64,000 bases of DNA from Harriotta raleighana (GCA_050575255.1 JBNZDD010013692.1:3783379-3847378), one strand, 5' to 3'; counted from the stretch's first letter, positions 37,555-51,292 are shown. The notes: a model not told the origin generated them from the sequence alone. Numbers and translations are program-made.

Positions 37555-37725
37555 ATCTTTCCTCTTCCTAACCCAGGACCCTAAAATCAATTAAGTAGCC
37601 TGACCATCACCTTGTCTGAAATAAGCTAATATAGTGCATTAGCCATTCGACACAAAACCTTCCTGGACTATGTGGCTCAATACTATATCTGTCAGTATAC
37701 TTAACATGGATCCATCAGGAGATTC
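37555..37725 (-). mobile_element. Ancient tRNA-SINE head fragment (AmnSINE2/MamSINE1-like, tentative); similar fragment at about 42490-42605
   Basis: The minus strand reads gtattgagccacatagtccaggaaggtt...tattagcttatttcag, resembling the recalled consensus CTGAGCCATACAGACCAGGAAGGTCC...GTTAGCTGATCTCAG. Confidence 0.4.
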
Positions 37726-38398
37726 CAAAGAGTGTGATCTTCAAAATATTCAGATGATACCCAGACAAGAGGATTGTTGGTCTGAAGAAAGACAAACCAT
37801 GATACTAGAAGCTGGAAGCTCATATCATCTCAAACATTAAGATCACTTTATCTTAAAATTCACTCAGAATTGTGGAAAATTCTTCAATTCAGTCTTAATT
37901 TAGACACTATTTTATTTTAAAAAAACATTTGTTGTGAACTGGCTTCCAAATTTAATTAGAACTTAATTCTAATACCACTAATAATCCTTCAATTTCATAC
38001 AGAGTCTTATCGGTGTTTGAGACATCTCAAAGCACTTAGGGGAATATACTGTAAAGTAAACTGACTATATTTTGTGGGCAAAACACATCACACAGCTAAT
38101 TTAAGCACAGCAAAATGCGCACAGTAGATTTTACGCCACAGAATTGTTCAATTGGAAACTTCAAGTATGAAAATATCAAGGCCGCCCCATTCTAAGGAGC
38201 TTCTCACATCCATTACAATAACCAGATCTCCATTAAGTAGCACGATAGGACTGAACATTTCTCACAACAGGATCATAAATGTTCAATTCCGCGAGTAAAT
38301 AGTTGAAGGCCTCAGCAACTCACAGGAATTCTGCAATCCAATTCTGGAAAAATAATAATAATCCTCACATTTGGTGAAGGGCTTTTCATGTCAGGAGA

Positions 38399-38745
38399 AT
38401 AAATAATAAATAAATAATCCTTGCATTTGATAATAATAATAATAATCCTTGTATTTGATATAGCACTTTTCACTCTTCCAGACATCTCAAAGCGCTTCAC
38501 AGAATATATTCTAAAGTAAATTGACTGTATATTTGTGGCAAATTGTGGCAGGCAATTGCATAGCATTAGCCCACAAACAGTTGTGGATTGAAGTGATGAA
38601 TTTATTTATTTATTTTACTTGAGGGATTATTATCAGGAGTGTGGAGTAAAGGACCTTGCCCAAGGTTTCGCCCTGCTGGGAATCAAACCCAGGTCGCCTG
38701 CTTGAGAGGCGAGTTCTCTAACCACTGAGCTACAGGACTCCACAA
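38399..38745 (-). mobile_element. Full-length SINE family A with doubled tail, nested in an older SINE tail (38352-38397 + 38746-38780)
   Basis: Head accactgagctacaggactccacaat. The flanks join as gcttttcatgtcaggag|ggtctcaaaatgcttcacagg. Confidence 0.85.
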
Positions 38746-39914
38746 TGGTCTCAAAATGCTTCACAGGATTTACTATGAACCAATTCCATATACCGAATGG
38801 CTGATTTTCCCTAAGCACAGCTGAGGAAGAATAGAAAAGGAAGAGAGAATTATAGGAATGACTCGACCCACACAGTCTCACACATTTACTTACAGTCAGT
38901 TCATAAGTGCTATCGGAATGGATTTCCTTCCTGCCCTTACAAATGGAGAGTTGTGTTGACACCAAGGAAGCCGCAAAATAGCAGCAGAAAGTTTACTTAC
39001 GAAAATAAACTAATGGAGAATTAAACAGGATAAAAGTCAAAATAAGCATCATTCATTATATCTACGATTAACTATTCCAAGCATGATCTCATGCAGTGCA
39101 GCGTCCTGCAGGTTATCTGCATCCAGTCAATAATTAAATTTACATCTAGTTCATTTAAAAATAAAATCTAAATAATCACCTTTAGAGTTTATTCAGAACA
39201 CCATCCAATTTGGCATTAGCAAATCCTTCTCGCTATTTGCAGAGAAAAAAAATTATGCATGCATGCTAATACAGATTGATTTAATTTAAATCATTTCAAT
39301 TGTGAACTGCTTCAGTTATGTAAACACAGACCTCTGAACTTGACTGGTTTGACATTTCATTTCAAACTGCTATTTTTGAAACCACCTTGAGGGTTTTTTT
39401 CCCCTTGAATGGTCAGTGTGAATTGATCTCTGCCCTGGGAATTTTATAGGTAAAATATGTTCAGATCAATCTGAATTCATTTCAAAGTGCCAGTAATCCA
39501 CAGCCTTAAATGTTCCAGTGGAGCAGAACCTAAGTAGAGGTTTGTTGCACACAACAGCTCTGATGTGAATTATGTCCCAGACAGACCTTGAAAATGAAGG
39601 ATTTACATTCCCCGAAAAGATTAAAAAGCCTAAAAAAGAGATTAAAAGCTTTCACAGTCAACCCGCAAACTCTGGTCCTTACTGCTATTTAACCAAAGTG
39701 CTAGATAATTGTCATGAACTCTATTACTTGAGTCTGATACTCTAGCCATTGCCTAAAATGTGCAAGTTATTCCTCCATCTTAGGTAACCAGTTTATTTTA
39801 ATTGTACAAAGACTCCCGATATAGAATTAAGACTATCCTTGTGAATTTGCAAAATGCATTCTTGTTCGTCAATTATCACTTTTATTGGATATTATAGTTT
39901 GAAGCATTTCACAT

Positions 39915-40152
39915 AGCTATCCCATGGCACTATTTGAAAAGAAGTGAATTTTCTTCCCATTTCCTGGCTGACCATCTCCCTAATAAAATGAGTCACTCAC
40001 TACATAAAAGTTTTTGGGGGATTCCAGTGCACAACTTGGTTGTCCCATTTGCCTACAAAAAAACAGTAGGTTGTACCATTTCCAGTATATGTAATGAAAT
40101 GCTTTCAGACATCTCCCCAACGTGAAAGCTACATCAAATGTAGGGATTATTA
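39915..40152 (+). mobile_element. DeuSINE family B 3' half
   Basis: atcccatggcactatttgaaaagaag...catcaaatgtagggattatta. Confidence 0.7.
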
Positions 40153-41459
40153 TAATTGCCTTTCACTAAATTTTGGATGATAGGATCTGCAGAAGACAAT
40201 GAGATGAACAGGTCACCATTTTGCTTTGCGCCTTCACAGGTCACACACATCTTACACATCCATGCTCATGGTATACAGTATGTCTGAAACAATGACTGTC
40301 CAGTGCCTTGGGATGTCCTCCTGACGTGAAAGGCACTATACAAGTGTAATTTTGTTGTTGTTGTAATACAATTCACCATGAATTCTAGTAAATTGTTGAG
40401 CTACCAGCTTTCGAAATACTCCCCTATCCTCGGTCTCCACCAGCCAAATAATAATAATAATCCACTCAAGGTGAACAAAGTTTCTACAAAGTGCAGCTCA
40501 GTGCAAAAAGAAGCCAAGACCGAGATTCAAACTCAAGATTTAGAAATACCACAGAACACTCGCCATCGTACATGTAACTTCCGACAAACAGGAGACAGCC
40601 AAACACGATCATCAATGTGGCATTTCACTGAAGCTTAGGCACTTTTTATGTAGCTACAGGAAATAGCTGGTATAACCTGAGAGCTGTCAATGGGATGAGT
40701 TGCCGCAGCAGAGAGTTCTGCAGCAACTCAGAGAAAGGAGGGGGAGGGAGGAAAAGGAATAAAATCAGAATGAAATTTCATTAACTGTGGTCAGGCATAA
40801 GCAGGGTTGGCAGAGATAGCCCAGCAGCCAGCACCAGGAAACTAAACGCAATCACAGAATTCAGAAAAGACACTGAGCAGGACTTAAAGACAACACATAA
40901 TGGAGAAAGGGTCACAGAACCCAAAGCCCCATTTTTTATCTTCAAAGGGAAAAGAGGCAGCCATGCAGATGGCACACCACAAGAGAGAGAAAGTATTACG
41001 AAGAAGCTGCCTTAAGAGCTGAACAAAAGATCGCAGACCACTTTATCATGCTTTTAAGCATGAAGTTTTGTTCATACAGTATTTTCTTTCAATCTTACAT
41101 AACCCCCATCAGCAGCCTATTTTAAAACCCAAACAGTACTCTTTGATGTGAACAATATTGGGCATGGCTGGCAATTGCAATGACAATTTGATTACAGATC
41201 CTGTGGCTGAAGGGCAGGTCTGAAGGTCAACAGCAGCCTTCTTGCAGCCCATCTTCAATCCAGCACCAGTCAACATGTGAAGTCCACTATTGTTATGTAT
41301 GCCCGACATGAATGTTACATATTCCATCTGGGCAGGTTTCTGTGAGTCCTGAGGCTTGCTCTAAGGGTCACCATCTGCAGTCATGCATTCAGCCACTACA
41401 CCTGGAACTTCCTGCCTCAATCCCTCTGCCTTGCCTCCTTTGGTTAGTCTTCAGGTCGC

Positions 41460-41768
41460 ACCTCCTGTAGCTCAGTGCTTAGAGCACNCTCCTTACAACT
41501 GTGTTCGAATCCAGACAGGTCAGGGCGAAACCTTGGGCAAGTTTCCTTACTCCACATGCCTAATAATAATCCCTCAAAAAAAACACAATGATAATAAATT
41601 GGTTATTTCAATCCGTGACTGTTTGTGGGACACTGCTCTTGTGCAATTCCTGCCGCGTTTCGCCAATAGTCAATTCACTTTACAGTATTCACTTTTACGC
41701 TGTGAAGCGCTTTGAGACATCAATAAGATGTGAAAAGCACTATATCAAATGTAAGGATTATTATTATT
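41460..41768 (+). mobile_element. Full-length SINE family A
   Basis: cctgtagctcagtgcttagagc...gttcgaatcc...aaaagcactatatcaaatgtaaggattattatt. Confidence 0.9.
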
Positions 41769-42761
41769 TCTGACCATGCCAACCATTATTTCCCCTCTCT
41801 GCTCGGCTCGGGGTCAAGCTCCATCACTGTTAAGCATTTTGAACGAGTACAGTACCTGGCATGAGGAGCAATATATACAAAAACAACAAAATTACATTGT
41901 ATAGCGCCTTTCACGACGGCAGGACGTCATATACATGCAAGTTGCTATTGTTGTTAAAACTTCAGCACGTACTAATCCATGCAAAACTTCACTCCCACCA
42001 TTCACGGGTCGCTTCCTTCACGAAGCAGTCATTTTATTTTAATAAGCTGTGGCGCGCTCACATTCAGTTCATACACCAGCGATGAGACACAAAGCACGTT
42101 CACATTGCCAATCAAACTGTAGATTAGACACTGTATATTAGCACCACCTCATGACAGGTGTTATAGAGCGAGGAGTCAGGCCATGCCAATCATTCCAGGC
42201 AACAGGGTGTCATTACGCTCTATGCTACAGATCGTGATGTTATTCTAAAGTGCCTGGAATTGCCTGCTGTGCAACACTGTGTGGCGACATGAGAGCCAAG
42301 TCTATTTCACCTGGGCCACTCAATGATTTATTAGGACAGATAAATAATCCTTGCATTTAATAAAAATAAAAGAATCATCTTTACATTTGATGTAGTGCCT
42401 TTCACATCGGGAGGACTTCTTAAAGTGTTCGACAGGATGTACTGTAAAGCAGAGTGAATGCTTATGTACCACAAAAATAACTAGTGTCCCTAGAGTTACC
42501 AGTTTTGAGATGAACTAATTCAACACAGGTTTGAACTTGTCACTTCCTAAACTACACAATTCCATTTCTAATAGGACAATGCCTTTACCAAATGTGACTT
42601 GGAAACACCTTTGCATTTGAGTTCCCCCTGCACTTATTAATTTTTGAGGATAGGGCTACCTCTTTGTTTGTTTTCCTCTCTCTCCTCAGCTTGGCTTCAG
42701 TCTCCTTATATTGTCTGGTGTACCCTGAATGGACGGACTGATGACTGACCTGTTCCTATTG

Positions 42762-43212
42762 CACATCAGCTTGGTTGAATCAGTAACATTCTCACCTTTA
42801 GGGTCAGAAGGTTGTGCATTCAAACTCCACATCAGCCCAAAGATTAACACTCCATTACAGTGCTGAGGATGCACTAAATTCTTCTGGGTGCCAGCTTTTA
42901 GATTGTAGGTTAAACTGAGTTCTGATCTGCCTGTTCAGGTAAACATTAAAGATGCCATGGCACTGTTTGAAAAGAATAGAGAGTTTCTCCCGGTGTCATG
43001 GCCAACAATTCCCCAGATATAATTGCTCATTCACTTCATGGCTTTTTGTAGCATATGACTGATTGACTGCTGCATGCACTTACAAAATATACAGTCACTA
43101 CATTTTCTCCAACAAAAATATACGGTCAGTTCACTTTACAGCATATTCTGTGAAGCGCATTGAGAGATCTCGAAGACGCGATGAGGCGCTATATTAAATT
43201 CAAGGATTATTA
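42762..43212 (+). mobile_element. DeuSINE family B, near full length
   Basis: Head ctcacctttagggtcagaaggttgtgcattcaa; Deu core ctgcctgttcaggtaaacattaaagatgccatggcactgtttgaaaag...ctcccggtgtcatggccaac; stem-loop tail. Confidence 0.8.
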
Positions 43213-44224
43213 CTGCTATATACACTTTAAAGTGAATGCTGCTGACCTCCACTGCTTCAGGAGCCCTGCGAACGACTTGGTCACTTCAGTGAGACACCAG
43301 AAGGTGACCAATGTGAATCATTCTAGTAGCCTTAACAGGAGTGATTGCTTCCAAGAGCGAGGAGGGAGAAAAATTAAATGTCCATTGGCAAGGTACTGCC
43401 ATTCACTATCTACAAGCAATTTGCATCTTCGTACCTTTCAGGAGATTACAATGTGCACTTATTGAAGCCTGACGGATTCAGGCTGATTTGAGAGACTTTA
43501 GCAGTGCACTATTAAGGCACCAGCCTAATCAAATTGATTTTTTTTAAAGGCTCTCCTTTATGTTGTTTTTTTTTCCAAACATTAATTCAAAAACAATTAG
43601 CTTAGCTGGGACTAAATAACATCATTTTCTGTTTGGCCTGCCAACTCTTTCAGGGCAAATTGCATTTTGATCTCAGCCGCAGCTAACGGAAAGCACTTTG
43701 GATTGTATAAGTTGCTTCAATCTCCGCTTTGCCAGATGTGGCAGCCTGAACTGCACAAGTTTAAAAACACTGGACACTGCACAGTCCACAGGCTTGCAGG
43801 CTGCCATTTAGTCTAATTCTGGTGTGTACAGACAGCAGGGACTGCAATTACACTATCTAAAGTATTTTAACAAGACACGACTGAGAGAGAGAAAAAACTC
43901 CAGGCACAGATTCTACAGTGAAGACAACAATCTATCTGTTGAGGTTCAAGCCAATGCCCATCATACTCATTATCGTCACGTTAACATCAGTCCAATACCA
44001 TTGCAGGCGATGAAGGTCAGCAAACAGAAAATCAACAAACCTCTACAGACATTATAACCAAGGAGAGATAAACACAAACTCAACAGCCACTTATATCTCA
44101 ATGTATGCAAAGCAGATTGATATAAAAAACAAGCTTCAATTTGATTTAACTGTCCTTTCTTATTAAAATGCTTCAGATTGAGTCCCTGGATTCCATGCTG
44201 TCTGCTGTGTACATCAGAATTAGG

Positions 44225-44550
44225 GTTAAGGTAATGTGCACAGAAATATCTCAAAAACAACCATGAAATGAATGATCAATGTTATTTGGGTGATTGTTGG
44301 CTCAGCATCAGGAGAAACTCGTTTGATTTTTTGAACAGTGTCATAGGATTTTTTCAAACACCTAAACAGGCTCACAGAGCCTATGTTTAACATCTCATCC
44401 AAAGGACAGCACCTTCAAAACTGCACCTACCCCAGTGCTCTATTGAACTATCAACCAAGACTGTGAATTGCAAAGTCTTGACATGCAGTTTAAACACACA
44501 ACTTTCTGACTGAAGGGTTAAGAGCGCTTCCAACTCAGTTACGCTGACAC
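44225..44550 (-). mobile_element. DeuSINE family B
   Basis: tttaacatctcatccaaaggacagcacc...cacaactttctgactgaagg...caactcagttacgctgacac. Confidence 0.75.
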
Positions 44551-45014
44551 TGCACACTAAATATTTTAACATATGATTATTACTCTTATATATATATTTT
44601 AAATTGTGGGTCACTTGCATGAGGTACTGTAGGCTGCCAAAACCCACAAGTTGTACTCTGTCATAAGGAGGGGAAACAATTCTCATATCAACAGTTGGCA
44701 CGACAAAACAATTCTCACAGTAACAACCTCAAAGAATGTTTGTTTAAATTTGACAATTTTTATGAACTTTTTTTTTCCAGAGTATCTCTTTCATAAATCA
44801 AGGAACTAAGACTTATTATTATGTACTATTATGGCCGAGACCACAGCAATATTTTCTTAAAAAGGGGAATCAGACAAACATTTGAAGAGGAAGAAAATAA
44901 CAGAGCATAGGGAAAAAAGCAGGGAATTAAATTTGAGAAGTTAGCTCCAACAGAAGAGCAAGCACCAATTATTCTGAATGACCTTTTGATGTGTTTTAAT
45001 TTCCATAATTCTCT

Positions 45015-45775
45015 TTATTTTCATATTTGTATTTGATGTTGGAAGGATGTGGTAAACACTCCAAAGGATTTACTGTATTGTGTAGTGACAACACAGTTGT
45101 AGGCAAATGCAGCAATTTATTTATGCTCAGAAATGTCTCACAAACAGCTAAGAAGTGATTAACCAATTTTATTTGGAAGGATTGTTGTCCAGGATACCAG
45201 GAGAAACTCCATTCTCTTTTCAAATAATGGCATGGGATCTTTTAAAAAGTCGAACTGAACAGGCAGATGAGGCCTCGGTTTAACATCTCATCCGAAAGAT
45301 GGTGTCTCCAACAATGCAGTGCTCCCTCAGCAATGAATACGAGTATCTACCTAGATTCTAATAATAATCCTTGCATTGATATTGTGCTTTTCACGTCTTC
45401 TAGATGTTTCAAAGTGCTTTAAAGAATATACTGTAAAGTAAATTGACTATATACAGTATTTGTGGGCGAAACTCAGCAGCCAATTGCACACAGCAGTGTC
45501 CTACAAACAGTTGTGGATTAAGTGACCAAATTATCAATTTATTTATTTTTAAGGGATTATTACCCCCGAAAAAGCAATCCACCAACTGACTTACAACTGG
45601 GCTCCTACTTACTGCTAAGTAAACAGAGGCATGTGGAGTAATTAAACATTTCACCCCATCCGGGAATTGAACCCAGGTCCTTCCACTTTCTAGAATTCAA
45701 AGTCATAATGACAGGCTTTAACTCACAACCTTCTAACTCAAGAGGTGAGTGCTACCAACCGAGCCACGTTGACAC
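45015..45775 (-). mobile_element. DeuSINE family B interrupted by a family A SINE (about 45361-45687)
   Basis: The family B body ends at ctagattcta (45360) and resumes after ttcta (45688-45692), a possible 5-bp TSD. The insert has a (TAA)n tail and the long-variant body. Confidence 0.8.
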
Positions 45776-48127
45776 AATTTAATGTTGCCTATAAATGGAT
45801 ATTTTATTTTTCCTCCTATTTTAAATGTAATGTTACCGTCCCTTTTATGTTCAATGTCCCAAAGTATGAAACTGACTGATGCTGTGGCTTAGTGTTAAAA
45901 GAAATGCTCAAACTCAGCAAATTCACTGGTTATCATGGATATCCACACAGCTCAAGTTCTAGGAAAAAGGAATCAGGCACCATCAGGAGAGGGGGTGAGA
46001 AAATATTGGCACGGGCGGGTGGGAGGGGGAAACTTATTTTCAAAACCAGGCAAAAATCAGACAAAGTGTCTTCTGCCATGTAACACAATATATTATTTAG
46101 ACAGTCATACTACTGTAACAAGGACAGGTCTCACTTTATTTGCAGCTCACCAACTGCACATAACTGGAATTGTACTCCTGTATTCTCGAGTACCACGGCA
46201 GCACCTCTATCCGCGAGGCCAGTTCTTTCCTCCCCGATGGTTGTGTTTTGTCGCTTGGTGAAGGATTTCTCATTAGCAAAGTTAGTTGGGCCAATCCATT
46301 ACCACATTACTGTGCCACACCTCACTAAGCAGAAAGGCAAGCAATGAGCTGTTGCAGTTTCGAGTCAGACACACAAGTGCTTCTCCAATGATGGACAACA
46401 AGCATGTAGCTAATGGCCACACATTCCAATTTATTACAGTACATTTTGTGTCCAACAAATTTATTAATGCATCATGTGTCATCTCATATTACCACCAGCA
46501 TTAATTGCACATTGACCAAGAATGGGGTTGAAAGAGGTCACAGGTCTTAGATAGTGATCTCCCTTTCTCACTCCACCCCTCCTCCCCCCCCCACTCTCCC
46601 AAGGAAATGATAACTACTCACTACTTTCAACCCCATTATGTGACAATCTTAATTAGATATTTGGTTGATTTGATACCGACCCCTTTCAAAACAATAGACT
46701 GGGTCCAGAAACTGAGATCACATGTTACAAGTGTTATCAAGATGCTGCTGACATCACTTCTCGTGTGCTATATATAGTGCTGTTTCTGTGTATAAATGCA
46801 CAAGCTCACAGTGGCGATTGCTTCACGTAGCTTGGAAACATGGTGCCAGAAAGAAGTCAGCCAGTCAGCACCTCAATATACTGACTAGACCAGTACATGT
46901 TATAATGGGGTCAGTTTGTAATTATCACTGATGATGTGGGAATATGGTCATTTCCACTTTATATACAAGCACACATGAATTGTGACAGGAGAATCCAAAG
47001 TTTTGAAGATGAGAATCTGTTTCTATTTGTTGCAATAAAGTTAGATCTAAGAAATTCACAGACGTCTGATAAAATATTTAACTTTGATCAGGATTATTGC
47101 CTGAATCAAGTTTTCAACAGACTAAATAAAACATGCCCTTTATCCATTCTGTGCACCACTGGAATTGTTATTTCTGCAGCTGAACAGAATAGAAAGCATC
47201 AAACACTTAACAACTGCAACAACAATTGTCTGTGGGAATATAACCATGTGTCAAAGATAAGATTTTAATGTTCCTTACAGTCTAAAAGAGAAAATTACAT
47301 GTTAACTGGCCAATGTCAACCTCGCAACTACTTAAGACAGTAAATGACTGATTTTTGAAACTGTTATTGTTGGATCAAGATGATACGTTTGAACTTTATT
47401 TGAAGATGAGCAAATCCATGCAATGAGAGTGAACCAATAATCATTGTCTATGCTGGGTAAGGTGAAGCCTGGCAGTGGCTGTGTCAATACAAATGGTTTC
47501 TCTTCCAGCTGTTGTCCTCAAACATCCTGTGGCCAATGGCAAGGCACATTTTGATGTAGATAAATCCTGCTACGCAGCCTGAGGCTGATCAACCGGAAGA
47601 CATTATTCAAAAGTATACAACAGGGAGAATGCTTGACCATGCAAAACAATGGGCTACTGTGTTCTGTTAAGTAACACCAGTGTTAATCATCACATGATAG
47701 AAATTCTCTCTCATCCCATCATCCACCTAATCAAGAATGAAAGATATTGACCGGTCAGTGGGTTTGATCTCTGTGCTTCTGCTACAGGGTGTCCCTTGCT
47801 TCCCACCTGGAGACTAAATAAAAATCATGTTAAGCTGGTATCATTTTAACCAGCATCCTGATGAAGGGAATCATAAGCCATCTTCAGACCCAACTATTGT
47901 GATAGGGTCTTTAGAGGAGAAGGAGGGTGGGAAAGAGACCAGTTCACCATAGTCACTTCAGTTATTAACTGACTGCAATAAACTTGATCAGTGCTCATCG
48001 CCAGTCTTCATTTTAACAATCCACAAATCATGATATTCACCCTACGATCAAATTCAGTTACAATCAAGAAATTGTATGAGATCCTCCATAGTTTCATATC
48101 CTCCAAACCATTCAAGGTCCAAGGTCT

Positions 48128-48468
48128 TAATAATAATATTCCTTGCATTTGATCTAGCACTTTTTTATGATTTCTAGATGTCTCAAAGCGCTTCATGGAA
48201 TATACTGTAAAATGAATTAACTGTATATTTGTGGGCGAAACTCAGCAGTCAATTGCGCACAGCAGTGACCCCCAAACATTCGTGGATTTAAATATTTTAA
48301 AATGGAATTATTACCCCCGGAAAAGCGATCTGCCAATCGACTAACAACTGGGTTCCTACTTACTGTTGGGTAAACAGAGACCTGTGGAGTAAGGAAACTT
48401 ACCAATATTTTGCCATGCCTGGAATCAAACCCAGGTCTCTCACTTGCGAGGCGGGTGATCTAACCATT
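48128..48468 (-). mobile_element. SINE family A, long variant
   Basis: Contains ccggaaaagcgatctgccaatcgactaacaactgggttcctacttactg. Confidence 0.85.
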
Positions 48469-49463
48469 GATTGTATATTACACAGCTACCTCCAGCCCAA
48501 GGGAGATTCTCTAATGAAAGTCCCCACACAGCTCCTGCTGCCTACAGAGCTACTGGTCTCCCCAGATCTCTATTGGAATTGGTTTCAGATTTGAAAAATA
48601 AATCTTCGTATAGGTTGTCCACTTTTTCTGCAGAAATATTGGATTTGCAGCAGAGCTTGCATGAAAGTTTTTATCCCGCAACCACCCTTGCCAGAGATAA
48701 TTATTTAATGCTGTTGTCTGCAATTTTAGAAGACTGATTCTGTTATAATGCAGTGGTTTGGGTCTATGAAGTCAGACCCTATGTTATAACAATGTATACC
48801 ATTAAAATGGACAGCAGGCATTGCTTCTGGATCAGATCTCTGCTGATGTCAAAAACTTTTCTTTAGAGTTTTGGTCAGGTTTTGTGGCTTCTCTCGCTTT
48901 TCTTGTGGTCATATTATAAAATCTATCTCCAGACATACAGTCCAAAGGAGCATTTGGTTTTACTGACATCAGAGGATTAAGTATTCAGGACTGGTCCCAT
49001 GAGACTAGTGCTCTGCAGAGTCAATGCCAAAAATACCAACCAAGTAACTGAACAAATAACATCTAATGTCATGCCAAGAAACTTCACTCAGGTTCGATCG
49101 TTGCAGCAGTAAAGGGGAGATGAACCTAGATTTCAATTACACTCTAGCATTGTACAGCACCCAATTTAAAAGTCAAGCAATGAACTTCCATTGCCATCTT
49201 CGGGCATAATGGTTGGGTTGTAGCTGTTGCCCAAAAACTATTCTCAAGATGGCAGCCACAGAGCCAATAACAGCACAGCTTCCCTTTTACAAAAAATATG
49301 ATTATTATTACTATCCACATTATTTTTCCACAAGACCTTAGCTCAGATTATGTTGGGGAATATGCAGACATCTTGACTGATGAGAAAGAGCTGGAGATAA
49401 CTAGGAGGAAATGAGGTACCACAAAACAAAATAAAAATGTACACAATATATGATCAAATCATT

Positions 49464-49771
49464 AATAATAATAATCCTTCCATTTGATATTGCACTTCTC
49501 ATGTCTTCTAGATGTCCCACAGCACTTCACAGAATATACTGTAAAATTAATTGACTGTATATTTGTAGACGAAACACAGTAGCCAATTGCACACAACAAT
49601 GTCCCAAAAACAGTCGAGGATTGAGTAACCAAATTATTATTGTTTTATTTCTTGAGGGATTATCAGGCATGTGGAGCAAGGAAACAAGGTTTTGCCCTGC
49701 TGGGATTCTAACCTAGGTCTCTCACTTATAGGGGGAGTACTCTAACTACTGAGCTACAGGACCTCACAATT
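49464..49771 (-). mobile_element. Full-length SINE family A
   Basis: aataataatccttccatttgata ... ctaactactgagctacaggacctcacaat. Confidence 0.85.
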
Positions 49772-49914
49772 GTTAGGCTCAGCTGGAAGCTCTCTTGGGA
49801 CTTCAACTTCAAATAGTCTAGACAGACACTCCACACATTAAACCAAGATCTAGTCTGCTAGTTATCTGGCGTTAAAAATTCCAATGGCCCAGGTTAAAAC
49901 GAGAAGGGAGTTTC

Positions 49915-50244
49915 CCCCTCCGTTCAGCGGGCTCCGATCTGCTCCATATCTCTCACCCGACCCGTCCTACCATCGGTGGCCGGGCTTTCAGCCTCTCTGC
50001 TCCCACACTCTACAACTCCATCCCAAAGTCCCTTCACCTCGTTTCCTCCTTTGCCTCCTTCAAGGCTGCTCTCATGAACCCTCTTTTTCGATCGTGCCTT
50101 CTACTGCCCTCCTACCTCTCTCCCTCCCCTCCCCCTACCATGCCTCTCCCCCATGCTCGGGTCCCAACCCCTTGACTGTTCAGCGCCTTGGGATGTCCTC
50201 CCGAAGTGAGAGGTGCTATATAAATGTAATTTGTTGTTGTTGTT
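49915..50244 (+). mobile_element. L2 3' end followed directly by a DeuSINE 3' half (50245-50436)
   Basis: cctaccatcggtggccgggctttcagcctctctgc...cagcgccttgggatgtcc...taaatgtaatttgttgttgttg. Confidence 0.85.
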
Positions 50245-51292
50245 TCCCATGGTGCCTTGGCCAACAATCCCCCAGATAAAATTGGTCACTCACTTCAAAT
50301 GGTACATTGTTGTGCTCCTAGTTGGTTATCATATTCGCCTACAATATATACAGTCACTAAACTTTTCACTGAATCCTGTGAAACGTTCTCCTGATGCAAA
50401 AACTGATATATATCAAATGCAAGGATTATTATTATTTATTGTGATTAGGATAACGGTTGGTTGTAGTTATTTCAAAACATTCAGAGTAACTGCTGTAACT
50501 ACTTGCATGTATAGTGTTTTTCATGATAAAAAAAAGTCCTCAACAAAATAAGCGTAATGAGAAATGAAGTACATGTTAAGTAGGCAATTGCAGTATTTAA
50601 TTTGCACCAGCACTATGAAAAGATGGTTTAACAGATGTGCAGTGTACGATGTTAAATTAAATCACGTCCTGACAGATATGATACACAGTCATATTGCAAT
50701 CATACAGTCGTATAAGAGTACATCATCCTCTCCCTTCCAGCACAGCATTAAAAAAAGTGTACATTTATTTGTTAATATTAAAACTCTCCGGCTACATGTC
50801 TTGGCATTTCTGCACACTCACTTCACAAAATTCATTTCACTGTCCAAATTCCTCCAGCCACTGAACCATTTTAAAGGGTTTAGTCCAGAAATGAACAATT
50901 GCACCTCAAATAAAGGTTGTATTCATTTTTTCCTTAGTTTTTCCATTCTTACTGATGAATCTGAGGAGAGCTGGTCCCAGATTCTCATCCTGATCAATCC
51001 ACCCCAATAAACTAGCCCTTCCCTAGTTTATGTAATATTATCTGGTGACTGGATTAGCCCATGGGAACTGCAGCCATTACCTGGCCAGTTACTAATCAAC
51101 AAAGATTTTTTTCCCCCATGACAGCCTGAAGGACCGTTCACAATTTAGTTCCCTCCGGGAGAAAATGTAGCCAGATCTGGAGGTGCAAGAGAGATCATTT
51201 ACCAAATTGTGTTCAGCACTCATGCCTCCAGAACCAGGATGAAAAGCCTACTTTGTGAGCACTGGCAGAGATGATAGGACCACTTCATATGT

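Noticed and set aside
47859-47890. Other CTGANGA matches (also about 5428-5450 minus, 56438)
   Set aside because: None has a correctly placed stem II followed by GAAA and a cleavage triplet; they are chance heptamers.
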